Shown piece after piece: positions 35,301 to 46,882 of a stretch of 64,000 nucleotides of DNA (the first letter of the stretch is position 1; the number at the start of each line of letters is the position of its first letter). Made by a program: the position numbers and the translations under genes. This stretch comes from Epithemia pelagica (lineage: Eukaryota; Protista; Bacillariophyta). Under the pieces are notes generated by a model. It had not been told where the DNA came from. It searched no databases and worked only from the letters and a program-made list of their open reading frames with translations. Location: positions 6,510,001 to 6,574,000 of the forward strand of contig OX337228.1 in the NCBI GenBank assembly GCA_946965045.2. Direction: 5' to 3'.

Positions 35301-36760
35301 ATGCCTATCGATCCAGATGTGTTGCAGCAAATGGATCAAGTGGAACCGCAAGAATGGGGCGATGCGTCTAGTTACGAAACGCTACAGGAATATCACCAGT
35401 ACAAGACGCTTTCGATACCCCATTCGTTGTTGGTATCGTCGCCACAGCAACAGCATCTGTCGTCCGTTCCGGCCGTCGTCTAGTACACCACAAGCAGAAT
35501 CACAACCAGCCAGTACCCACCACCTTGGATCTGTCCCATGCCACTCAACCCATGCATCCCACAACCTTGGCCGAAACCATGGGATTGACCAAGTATAATG
35601 ATGAGTATGATAAGTATGATCCAGTAGCCAATGAGGAGGACGACCATGACAATAGCGATTCGTCGTTTACCCAGAAAAAGGCTCTCATTGTCATCGCACG
35701 AACCTTCTCTGGGAGGACGAACGGTGATTCAAGTCGATTGGAGTCCCCACATTGTGCAATTGCAAACCATGTGTTGGCACGACCAGGTACAATCCGGTGC
35801 CTTGCACATTGTCGAAGATTCGGCGGCATAATTGTCGAGTATTTCTCACGACAATTCCATTCAAGCCGTCTTGGACAAGGGATTGATGGATCCCTTGTTT
35901 TTACCCATGCCCATCACGATGGATTGATTCACCATGGAGCCGTCATAGGTGGCTGTAGCTCCTCGCACTCCAACCACCACAACGACAACCATTGGCAGTT
36001 GGAATTTCCCTCGCATGCACAGCCCGTCGCATTGCCATGATGGCAGCGTCTTTGTCCGGAGGAGGAGGTCCCTATTTTGTATTTCGAAACGAGTTGCTTC
36101 GAACATTGGAGCGTGTCGACGAGCCATTGCCTGAATTGGAACGTGTGATTCAACAATAAGAGGTACGAACCAGCAGAAGGATTCAATACGTATCGCCCAT
36201 CGGGTGAAGTGGGGTTGGTTGTTCCATAGCTTCCTCGCATTCAAGTCGATTGGAGTCCCCACATTGTGCAATTGCAAACCATGTGTTGTCACGACCAGGT
36301 ACAATCTGGTGCCTTGCACATTGTCGAAGATTCGGCGTCGCAGTTGTCGAGTATTTCTCACGACAATTCCTCTCAAGCCGTCAAGGACGAGGGATTGATG
36401 GATTCCTTGTCCTGTACCTATGCCCATCACGATGGATTGATTCACCATGGAGCCGTCGTAGGTGGCTGTGTAGCTCCTTGCACTCCAACCACTACAACGA
36501 CAACAATTGCAGTTGGAATTTCCCTCGCATGCCCGCCGGCCCGTCGCATTGCCATGATGGCATTGTCATTGTCCGGAGGAGGAGGTCCCTATTTTGTATT
36601 TCGAAACGAGTTGCTTCGAACATTGGAGCTTGTCGACGAGCAATTGGCCGAATTGGAACGTGTGATTCAACAAGAGGTAGTAACCAGCAGAAGGATTCAA
36701 AACGTATCGCCCATCGGGTGAAGTGGCGTTGGTTGTTCCATAGCTTCCTCGCATACAACA
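35301..36760 (+). pseudogene. Decayed gene of unknown family with internal 512-bp tandem duplication
   Basis: Protein-like fragments in shifting frames (MPIDPDVLQQMDQVEPQEW...; QVDWSPHIVQLQTMC..DQVQSGALHIVED; GISLACPPARRIAMMALSLSGGGGPYFVFRNELLR) broken by stops and frameshifts. Confidence 0.55.
35728..36750. repeat. Tandem duplication, two units of about 512 bp (35728-36239, 36240-36750)
   Basis: Both units begin ttcaagtcgattggagtc and end ccatagcttcctcgcat, and are highly similar throughout. Confidence 0.95.
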
Positions 36761-37129
36761 ACAAAGAGTGCGGATCTGTTGGTACGGTAGTTACCCCCTG
36801 CACACAACAAGAACGTCGTCGGAAGGCATGGGGCGTCGTGATTCGGGCACAACCACCCGGGGATTCGTGCTTGTTGCACCAGTCCAACCACAACATGTAA
36901 TGCGTGAGGGCGACGCGTCAGGTGATTTTGGCCGCCCGTGTCTTGGAATCGCCCGCCTATAGGAACAACCATCTTCAACGACGGGACAAACATTGTGTAG
37001 GAATGACAACTAATAGCTATACTTTATTGCGTAGAACTATTTTGTATATAGGTGAGTGAGGAAACATCCACATTGCGCACAGGGACCGTGGTGAAATGTT
37101 GTCCGTCTTCTTTGGTTTTTCACCTTCTT

Positions 37130-38214
37130 TCAAAACCAGTATCGGTCCTTCAGCTGACGAAAGCACCATAAAGTTTTGTACATCAATCCGAATGTCCCAC
37201 ACACATCACCATCACTCCCTCCACCAATCGCAGCTATTTGATTGCCAAGAGTCACTAAAGTGCAGGACCCATAACGGGGCAGATCGAATGATGGAAGATC
37301 CCACAGACGGTTGCGGTGGGTATCCAAGACTGTCACGGTACCTCCATAATCCAATAAAACAAGACAGGATCCCACTGCTGTACAAGCAACTGGTTCAGGA
37401 ACGCTAACTGGAACGGAAAGTTCCCAATGAGAATAAGTTGTCCAAGTGGACGAGGGTGAAATGACCCGAGAAGCAGTCTCTTCCATTGTCTTGGCGTTTT
37501 CACAGGGCTTCGCAAAATCCCAATACTCCGTCTTGTAACTGCCTCCAACGACGAAGATGCGGTGGCCAATGACCGCACAGGTACAAATACTTCGAGGAAC
37601 AGCCATGGATGGCCCAGCAGTGACAACGTGGCTGTTAGTATCCAGAACTTCAATCGACGAAAGGCTGTCTTGTAATGTCTGTTGATGTCCACCCGCTACT
37701 ACAATGTAGCGATCGTGAACCGCAACCGCACCACATCGTGATGTTCCTTCGATAGTCGACATTTCAATGTCGTCCAATTACTCTTCTTTGAGCTGCTGGA
37801 TGATAAAGATGAGTGCTGCAGCAAATCGTCAACCCCAATTCGTTCGATATCAGCAAAAACTGAGTCATCTTGTTCTCCGGCGATAACGTAGATGCCGCGG
37901 TTGCACACAACAACGGCATGTCTACATCGTTTCTTGTTTAGTGGTGGCCCGTCTCGCCACTGCCTGTTGGATTCTTCTAAATCCAGTAGAACCACGGAAT
38001 CGCCAACGGCTCGTCGAAGTCCTCCAATCACAACCACCGTTTGTCCCTCGTCGTTCTTGGTGTTGTTGGTTTTGTTGTTGGTGGGATTTAGCACTACCGA
38101 AGCATGCCTGAAACGCTCTCCGCCCTTGAGAGGAGGCCAGTTGTTGGTATTCCATTGTGCGTTTTCGTCGGACAGGACGAGGCCCGACTGCCATGCTTGT
38201 TCTCGTAGTGTCAT
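37130..38214 (-). pseudogene. Kelch-repeat protein gene with a single frameshift
   Basis: ORFs 37699..38214 and 37130..37777 overlap out of frame. Kelch motifs VVVIGG, GPPLNKKRCRHAVVV, IYVIAG, CGAVAVHDRYIVVAGG, GPSMAVPRS, RIFVVGG, QIAAIGG. Break near 37750 with no intron signals. Confidence 0.75.
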
Positions 38215-38719
38215 TGGTATATGCTTTCACGATGTCGTTCGGAACGAGTCGATACTCGTCGTGATGGTGGCAAAGGAAGATGGCAAAAGAGACGGGGATG
38301 CGTTGTTGCAACCATCCGTCACACACGGAGCGTTTTATGATTTCTTGAAGATTTTGATGATTTCTGGAAGAAAAATGGCGCCTTGTTCTACCTCATCGGT
38401 TCGACAGGCGCGCTCCAAGACTGGTTCAACGTTTCTACCCATACTACCATACCCCGACTTTTTCTTGGGGTATATCTACTCCTTGCTAGCTAGAGGAGTA
38501 TTCCATAGAGGAGTACCTACCTACCGGTAATTACACAGTCCAAGCACCATTGGAATGGTGCAAAAAAGGACGATTTACCCGTAAAACGAGCATGCCCCCA
38601 AAGAGTTTCATCCGTCCATAAAATGAGAACTATAAGTCGGATTTTGATGAGCCCGGGTGGGATCGAATTCGAATCCTCTTTTGAAGTAGATTCAAATGAT
38701 AATCATAAGACTCTAGCTA

Positions 38720-40130
38720 CCCCCTAGCGGTAGGTTGAGTCCTGGTCGTGAATGAGAAAGGGAGCATTCTGATACTCACCCCCAAGGCGCGACTCTCAAA
38801 ATTGGCGATTTTCCGCCTTCGACGAAAACTCACAACAACCACAACGCAAACACTACGAGGCCCATCTTGCTGTGGTTGTAACAACACCCATGGACCCTGT
38901 CAATCCCCACCGACATGTCGCTCCAATCTCTACTACCCCAAGGGACCCTTGTGGCGTTGGAATGGCAGACGCGGACCGTGCGATTGGTCGAAACACTGAC
39001 TACCAATAACGTGAAAATCCAACAAACAACAACCAACCGATGACCCACCCTCCAAACCCATTATGGATCCCTGTTGCCTTCCTACAAATTTATTTTTACC
39101 ATAGCCTCATGTTCGAATGTCTTGAGCGCGTATGGTTCGGCGCCTGGAAAACCTGCACGTGTGTGGTCGTTTCTGTTCAAAAATACCGTGGAAGGAGCAC
39201 TTTGTTGCATTCAACTTCGTCTTTCCACCTTGAGAAATGCTTCTGTACGAGAGGGGGCATCTTGATGGCTCTTGTTGGGTCAATCATTCGTGTCATGAAG
39301 TTTGTCACCCATTAGTGTATAGGACTGCGCCTGGTTTGCCATTCGATTGGCCTTGTCAAATGACTGGTGACCCAGCAAGCAATACTATTGCCACCATAAT
39401 TAGGACAAGTCCTATGTGCTATAGTTTGCCAAGCAATGGAGGTGTACCGCCAATTGAGCAAATAAGTTTGGAAAAAGACTTTTTCTATTCCTTGCAGAGC
39501 TACGAAAATGATTTTGTTGTCCAACAAACCTGATCCACCATACAGGCATTGTTCTTTTCACACCAATAGCACCACAATGGTAGTTGATTGTCATATCATC
39601 TACTGCTCCTTCTCTGTTTGCTCATGGTTGGTTTAGGGTCTTTGTTGGTATGTTTCATGAAACAAAGGTTTGTCTTGGTGACGGAAGGTGAAAGTTTGTC
39701 TTGGCGACGGAAGGTGGTCGACGAGTCACCAGGCATATAGCGGTAGAGAGGTAAGAGACAACAGCAGGCACTTCAAGGAAGGCAACAGGGATCCATAATG
39801 GGTTTGGAGGGTGGGTCATCGGTTGGTTGTTGTTTGTTGGATTTCCACGTTATTGGTAGTCAGTGTTTCGACCAATCGCTCGGTCCGCGTCTGCCATTTC
39901 AACGCCACTAGGGTCCCTTGGGGTAGTAGAGATTGGAGCGACATGTCGGTGGGGATTGACAGGGTCCATGGGTGTTGTTACAACCACAGCAACAGGGGCC
40001 TCGTGGTGTTTGCGTTGTGGTTGTTGTGAGTTTTCGTCAAAGGCGGGTGAGGCAAATCGAGCCGTGGGGGTGAGTAACAGATTGCACACCACCGTCATTC
40101 ACGAGCACGACTCACCCTTCCGCTAGGGGG
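38720..40130. mobile_element. Putative non-autonomous foldback/TIR DNA transposon (1411 bp, about 360-bp inverted arms, TA flanks)
   Basis: Arm 38720-39083 is the reverse complement of 39776-40130; near-identical 72-aa ORFs appear on opposite strands. Ends are TA|CCCCCTAGCGG ... CCGCTAGGGGG|TA. The spacer of about 690 bp has no intact ORF. Confidence 0.8.
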
Positions 40131-40419
40131 TAAGGCACTAGCTAACTCAAAGTACTTCTAAAGTTACAGTTTCAAACATGTGGCATTTCGGCTTTAAGAC
40201 TTAACTGTATATGCGTTGAGCACAACACATTGGTCCTATACAAATTTGAGCGGAAAGATTCAACGCATGGTGCTTGGACTGTGTAATTACCGGTAGGAGT
40301 ATTTTGGATCTTTTGGTTCGTCCACCTTCTCCTCGGTTCGATCTTTACGCACATTGTGTGTTGCAACACGACATTGCACAGGATTGAGCAACAACACAAG
40401 AGCATCCTCGAAACGCCAC

Positions 40420-40448
40420 TCATTCATTCATTCATTCATTCCTTCATT
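40420..40448. repeat. (CATT)n microsatellite just upstream of the FKBP-cyclophilin ATG
   Basis: tcattcattcattcattcattccttcatt seen directly. Confidence 0.85.
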
Positions 40449-40455
40449 CTTGACC

Positions 40456-42000
40456 ATGGCCGAATCCATGACAGTGGACGACGAACCAAAACCAGCAGCA
40501 GCGCAAGGCGGAGACTGGATCGATGTGTCCGAGGCTCAAGATGGTGGCATTTTGAAGCAGATATTAAAACCGGCACCGGCCGACGCCAAAGGTCCTCCAC
40601 CATCGGGCTATCAAGTGACGGCGCATTATACGGGACGATTGAAATCGGATGGGAGCAAATTTGATTCCTCTCGCGATCGCGGCAAAGCCTTTCAATTTAC
40701 CATTGGCAATGGTCAAGTGATTGCCGGATGGGATCAGGGATTTGCGTCCATGAAAGTGGGCGAACAAGCCCTGTTGGAAATTCAACCCCAATACGGCTAT
40801 GGTGCCTCGGGATCACCACCCAAAATTCCCGGAAATGCCGTCTTGCAATTTGAAGTGGAATTGCTGGGCTTTGAAGAAAAGATGAAGGAATTGTGGGAAT
40901 TGACGGACGTGGAACGGATTGCCCTCGCGGAACGCTTCAAGGCCGAAGGGACGCAATTGTTTTCACAAGAAAAAGATTTTGCCCAAGCGGCGGCTCGATA
41001 CGAAAAGGCAGGAACCCATGCCACGGGAGAAGGCATTTCGGGCAATGATGTCCCCGAGTCGGAACAAGCCTTGTACTGTGCGTGTTGGTTGAATGCCGCC
41101 ATGTGTCATTTGAAACTCAAGGATTATCCGTCGGCCGTTCAGGCCACAAACAAGGTGTTGGAGATTGACAGTCAAGCGACTACCAATGTCAAGGCCTTGT
41201 ATCGTCGGGGCCTGGCCCGGTTGCACATGGGCTTGTTGGATCAGGCCAAGACGGATCTAATGGCGGCCTATCAACTGGACAAGACGAATAAGGATATTCG
41301 CAAAGCCTTGCAACAGTACAAAGACGCCGTGGCGCAACACAAGCAACAAGAAAAACAAGCCTTTGGAGGATTCTTTTCCAAGGTGGATATTTATAGTGAC
41401 AAGAAGGAAGGCACGGCACTGGTCGTTCCCAATGCCAAGGGCGACAATCCCCACGTCTATTTTGACATTCAACAGGGCGACGTGTCGTTGGGACGCATTG
41501 TCATGCAACTCTATCAAGATATTACCCCGAAAACGGCCGAAAACTTTCGAGTCCTCTGTACGGGAGAACAAAGTACCGACGACACTCCCTTACACTACAA
41601 GGGTTCCATCTTTCATCGCGTCATTAGCAACTTCATGATTCAAGGGGGTGATTTTACCAAGGGCGACGGGACGGGGGGCCGGTCCATTTACGGCGAGAAA
41701 TTTGCCGATGAAAATTTTACCATGGCGCATACCCGACCCGGTCTCTTGAGCATGGCCAATGCCGGTCCCGGCACCAATGGGAGTCAATTCTTTATCACCA
41801 CCACGGCCACGCCCCATTTGGATGGCAAACATGTCGTCTTTGGCCATGTCGTGGAAGGCATGGAAATTGTGCAAGTCATTGAAACGACCAAAACGGGCGA
41901 TTCCGACAAACCCGTCGTGAATGTCGTGATTGCCGACTGTGGACAATTGCCCGCCGATTATACACCACCCTCCTCCTTTAACACGACGACAACGACCTAG
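40456..42000 (+). CDS. Dual-family immunophilin: FKBP + 3 TPR + cyclophilin (FCBP-type)
   Basis: FKBP: [36 protein letters not shown]...[15 protein letters not shown]: [22 protein letters not shown]. Cyclophilin: [66 protein letters not shown]. Single exon. Confidence 0.96.
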   Translation: MAESMTVDDEPKPAAAQGGDWIDVSEAQDGGILKQILKPAPADAKGPPPSGYQVTAHYTGRLKSDGSKFDSSRDRGKAFQFTIGNGQVIAGWDQGFASMKVGEQALLEIQPQYGYGASGSPPKIPGNAVLQFEVELLGFEEKMKELWELTDVERIALAERFKAEGTQLFSQEKDFAQAAARYEKAGTHATGEGISGNDVPESEQALYCACWLNAAMCHLKLKDYPSAVQATNKVLEIDSQATTNVKALYRRGLARLHMGLLDQAKTDLMAAYQLDKTNKDIRKALQQYKDAVAQHKQQEKQAFGGFFSKVDIYSDKKEGTALVVPNAKGDNPHVYFDIQQGDVSLGRIVMQLYQDITPKTAENFRVLCTGEQSTDDTPLHYKGSIFHRVISNFMIQGGDFTKGDGTGGRSIYGEKFADENFTMAHTRPGLLSMANAGPGTNGSQFFITTTATPHLDGKHVVFGHVVEGMEIVQVIETTKTGDSDKPVVNVVIADCGQLPADYTPPSSFNTTTTT

Positions 42001-42348
42001 AGAATTGTGGGTGGGCCCTGTGGTAGCAGCACGAATGTAGGGAGAGACGAACACAAACCACCAGAGTAGAGACTGTCTAGTAGAACAAGAACAGAGTAGA
42101 TTGTGCGCAAGTGTATATTAGGATTGGTGTGTCAAAATAAAGAGGACCCTCCATTATGTTCGTTCCTAGGATAAGGAGGAACCTTTTGAGTACTAGAGGA
42201 ATATACCTAGGTAGTTTCGTGAGTTTGGGGGTAGGAAACTCTCTCGCCGCGACCCCAAGTCGCTCTTCCCACTGGACGTCTTGCCGTCGTCCTCGCAGAT
42301 ACCGTTCCCTCCAAAGTCCAACAAGATCCATTTCCATCAAAATCCGTC

Positions 42349-45300
42349 ATGGCAGCCGGCCCATCATGGTTCGAGTGGTCAATGTCCCCACCCAAACAAC
42401 GACGACAACGACGACAACGACAACGACCAATACCAACCACCACAAGACAAGATCGTCCTCGACCACCAAGACTGTGGATCTCTAAGGCAAGACCTGTGTC
42501 GTTGTCGTCCATCCTCCAACGACGAGGACGACCACCACCATCTGCTGTTGTGAGTGGTTGGTGGTCGTTGGTGGTTCGGGTGGTGGCGGCCGCCCTGTTG
42601 GTGCTGTGGAGTAGTGGGGAGTGCCACAGTCCTACCATGACATTGACACTGACAACGCAAAGGGCCGGTTGGCCTTGGCGACTTGTACAACGACGGTCCA
42701 GGGCTGCCAGTGTCGTGGTCTCGGCCTTTTCCAGCAGCAGTACCACCCCTTCCAGAAGCACCAGCAGAAGACAAGGAAGAAGAAGGATTCACGATCCACC
42801 ACCATCATCACCACTTGTCCACCACCACCACTTTGGATCGTTCTTCCACTCGGTTCGTCCCTTCTCGACACGAATCTATGGTGAATGGACCGACGACCAC
42901 AACAAGGACAATGACGACAATGACGACAACCACCACCACCACCAGGATGCACCACCACACAATGAACCACCATCCTCCTCCTCTTCCTCGCTCTTGTCGT
43001 CGTCGGGCATTCTCGACCAATTGAATCCAGCCCAGACCCAAGCCGTGACACAACCCTTGCACGCCACAACCTTGGTGGTGGCCGGACCGGGATCGGGCAA
43101 GACGCGGGTCTTGACGTGTCGCATTGCCTACTTGTTGCTGGAAACTGCACAACTCGATCCACCACCACAACCACCCGAACTGGGGGGTTGGACGTCCCAC
43201 CGTCGGGACCGTATCTTGGCCGTCACCTTTACAAGAAAGGCGGCCAATGAAATGAAGCAACGCTTGTACAAACTCTTGCCGCCGGACCATTCCGAACAAC
43301 AACCACAAGAAAACCCGGCCAAGTGGACCGAAGAACCAGTCCAACTCAATGACGACGACGACGAGGAGGATCATTTCAATGGGTACTATCCCGACGATGA
43401 GTACGAATTGGAGAACCAGTATGAGGACGACGATTGGCACCAGGTACAACAGTCCATGGACGAGGCTGCAGCCCAAAACCAGGCACCCCCCGAAGCAGCC
43501 ACGGCAGCCACGACAAGTGGTAGTGGTGGTGGAATGTACGAAGATGATGATGCCATTGCCTTTTATGACCAGGCCCTGCAACAAGACGAAGCTCATCATT
43601 CTTCTGCCACTGCTGCACCAACCCACGCCCAGGAACCCTTGCAACTCCCACGACCGCCACTGGGAACCTCTTCTTTTTCGGCATCATCTTCATCGACAAC
43701 CACAACGACACGACGACCATTCAATCCCCGACAGGAATTGTGGCGTGTCACCTTTGGAACCTTTCATTCCATTTGTGCCAAGATATTGCGTTGGAATATC
43801 CACGAATTGGTCCAAGCCCCCTCCGTCTTGAAACATACACCGGAAGGTCAAATTCCCGGTCTCGATACCAATTTTGCCATTGTCGATACCAGCGATCAAG
43901 AACGAATCATTAAACAACTCTTGAAGGAAAAGTGTCAAATCCCACCCAACAACTTGACAGTACCCATGAAGTCGATTCAAAATGGAATTTCCTGGGCCAA
44001 GGAGGCCTTTGCCCAGGGAGAAAATCCCTTTGATCCCCAAACCATGAATCCCTCCAGTGAGCGCAATAGAATTGTCAAGGCTATTTACCACGCCTATCGT
44101 GCCACGCTCTTTGCCAACAATCAGCTGGATTTTGACGATTTGATTTACTTGGCCCGCGAACTCTTGCTGGAATACGAGACGGTCCGACACCGGATGCAGC
44201 AACGATGGCAACATGTCTTGGTGGATGAATTTCAAGACACGTCCTTGACCCAACTCGATATAGTCCAACAATTGACCAACCGCAGTTTGTTGGTGGTGGG
44301 CGATGCCGATCAATCCATTTATGGCTGGCGGGGCGCTCATGCCAGCCTCTTGCAAGAATTTCCCCGTCATTTTGCCGGAACGCGCACCCTGTACCTCATG
44401 GAAAATTATCGATCCACGAGCAACATTGTCAAGGCGGCGCAAAAAGTCATTAGCTTGGATGAAACCAACCAGAACAAGAACAACAAGAACCACCAACAAC
44501 AACACCCGAGGACACTGCGACAGAACATGATTCCCCAACGAGAAGCCGGTCGCATGCCACGAGTCTTGGCATTGGAAAATGGCAAAGACGAAGGTACGTA
44601 CAAAGTGTCGCTCGAGGGGAACTCCCTCCCAGTGTGTGTGTGAAACGACAGAACATAGTATGTAGAAATGTGTTTGGCTTTACTCACACACTTGTGTGTG
44701 TGTGTGCTGTGCGTTGTTCTGACATGATGATGTTGTGCAGCAAATTTTGTCATTGGAAGTATCAAAGATGCCGTGGCCAAGGGGCAGTATAACGACGACC
44801 ATCAAGTCGCCGTACTCTATCGGACCAACGCCCAAAGTCGTTCCTTGGAAGAAGCCTGTGTCCAGCACAATCTACCCTATGTCATTGTTGGATCGGCCAC
44901 GAGCTTTTATCGACGCAAGGAGGTCAAGGATTGTCTCTGCTTCCTTCGATGGTTGGCCAATGGACAAGATCGAGGAGCCATGATACGAGCCATGGAAACA
45001 CCACCCAAAGGAATTGGGAAAGCGGCCTTGTCCGAGTTTGTTCAGTATTGCGATGCCGTGGCCGACCACTACTTGACAAACCTTGCCCATATTCGGCCTC
45101 CCACCTTACTTCAAATCTTGTTTGCCGTATCGGATCCCGAAATTCTTGCGGCGGACGCACCCCCGGCCGTGGACTATCTAGGAACCCGATCCAGGAAAGC
45201 CTTGTCGTCCTTTTCGGTCCAAATGCGGGATATCTACGCCAAAGCACATTCCAGTCCAGTGCATGTCCTTCTCACCTATATCATTGAGTCCCTGGGTCTC

Positions 45301-46698
45301 TGGAAGTACTTTGAAAAGCAGTCCAACTCCAAAGATGAGATGGAGGAACGCAAAGCCAATGTGCGAGAGCTTCAAAATGCCGCCCAGCGATACAATACCG
45401 GGGGACCCAGCATGCAGAAAACCAGAGAGTTTGATCCCAACAACCTAGGTACGGAGGAACTGTCCCCGCTGGACACCTTTTTGGAAGATGTTGCGTTGGT
45501 GACCGACATGGCGGATGAATCCAAGCGGAGAGCTTCGGAACGTCGGCTCGTGGCGAATCTCATGACGATTCATGCAAGCAAAGGTGAGAGAAACAAAGAG
45601 TCGCGTATGTATGTATGCGTTGGTCAGACGTTTGGTTCACTCACGGTCGTCGTTTGTCCAAACAAACAGGCATGGAGTTTGATTCCGTATACGTGGTTGG
45701 AAATGAAGAAGGGACATTGCCCCTTGCAAACGCGGATCCCGATGAAGAGAAACGACTTTGTTACGGTAAGCCGCCATGGATTCATGTAGACAAAATGAAC
45801 ATGGGAATACAAATAATATCGGCTCATGAACGTTTCTTGTTACGCAACAGTTGCCATGACCCGAGCCAAGTCGGAATTGGTCATGACCTGGAGAAAATCC
45901 ACCTCCATGTTTGCGGATCGCGAAGTCAAAAACGAATATCGAAACCGCAGCCGATTTCTCGATGAACTCGTTAAAAAGAAACGTGGTAGTAATGGTGGCT
46001 CTCGAGAAAGGACGACGACGAGAAGCGCTTCCAGGAAATCAGAACCTAGAACACATGGTATGCGATACTCTACATCAGCTGGAGCGTCCGAGCCTCGGTT
46101 CGACTCACGAGATCGTTCGAGATCACTGCACTCGGCTGCTCGAACGTCCGAGCCTCAGTTCGGTTCACGAGATCGGTCAAGATCACTGCACTCGGCTGCT
46201 CGAACGTCCGAGACTCGTCGAAAGTCACCGCCTCCGCTTGGTTCACGAGATACGACATCTGTATATGCAAAAAGTGTCTCCCAACAATCAGAACGACAGC
46301 CGCGACAAGTCAAACCTCGTTCTGCTGCCCCCAAAGCCTCACACTCCTTGTCCAGCACTTCCAATCCATCGTCCCTTGATCGGACAAGAGAGCAGTCGTC
46401 ACGTTCAAGGAGTCCAACGGCACCACGCCGCAATGACGACAGGGGTTCTTTTCAACAGAGTCGGAACGCCCGTGACAAGAGTCTATTGGTTGGCAAAAAG
46501 CTTGAGCAACCCACCTTTGATTCGACCCTATTCTTTCCTGTTGGGTCATTGGTGATTCACAGACAGATGGGGAAAGGATCGGTTCTGGAGCCTCCAGCTC
46601 CCACCGCCGACGTCGACCTACCTGTTTTGGTGGAATTCGCATCGGGACAACGACAAGTGTATTGCGCTCGAGGATCAGACTTGTCCAGAGTCTTTTAG
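42349..46698 (+). CDS. UvrD/PcrA/Rep-family (SF1A) DNA helicase with organellar-type N-terminal extension
   Basis: LNPAQTQAV, VVAGPGSGKT, DEFQDT, VVGDADQSIYGWRGA, ENYRST, VAVLYRTNAQSR, LMTIHASKG|MEF, EEKRLCY|VAMTRAK. Introns 44594-44740, 45584-45669 and 45766-45850. C-terminal FPVGSLVIHRQMGKG...VEF. Start codon uncertain. Confidence 0.92.
46086..46215 (+). repeat. 60-bp coding tandem repeat (about 2.2 copies) in the helicase C-terminal linker
   Basis: Encodes SEPRFDSRDRSRSLHSAART SEPQFGSRDRSRSLHSAART SE. Confidence 0.9.
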
Positions 46699-46882
46699 TG
46701 CTATTCCTACGAACAAAAGAGGCTTGTTCCTTAGACCACAAGTTATCAACCGTGTATTAGTACCTTCAGTCCTATACGTAGTCGATATGTGGCAGCAATT
46801 GTTGTTTCAAGACCAAGCCTTTCAGATTATGAGATGGTTGTTGTAGCCCTGTGCGACACGCAAGAGGTTAAGTGTTTTCCAT

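Noticed and set aside
35728-36750. Tandem repeats considered as a CRISPR array or LTR pair
   Set aside because: Units are adjacent and 512 bp long with no spacers, no TG...CA ends and no internal pol domain; eukaryotic context
39084-39775. Possible transposase or methyltransferase remnant in the foldback spacer
   Set aside because: Manual translation shows only short frames with no DDE or other catalytic motif
38830-40029. Two near-identical 72-aa ORFs on opposite strands, read as a duplicated small gene
   Set aside because: They are a by-product of the inverted arms; non-ATG starts; no evidence of coding
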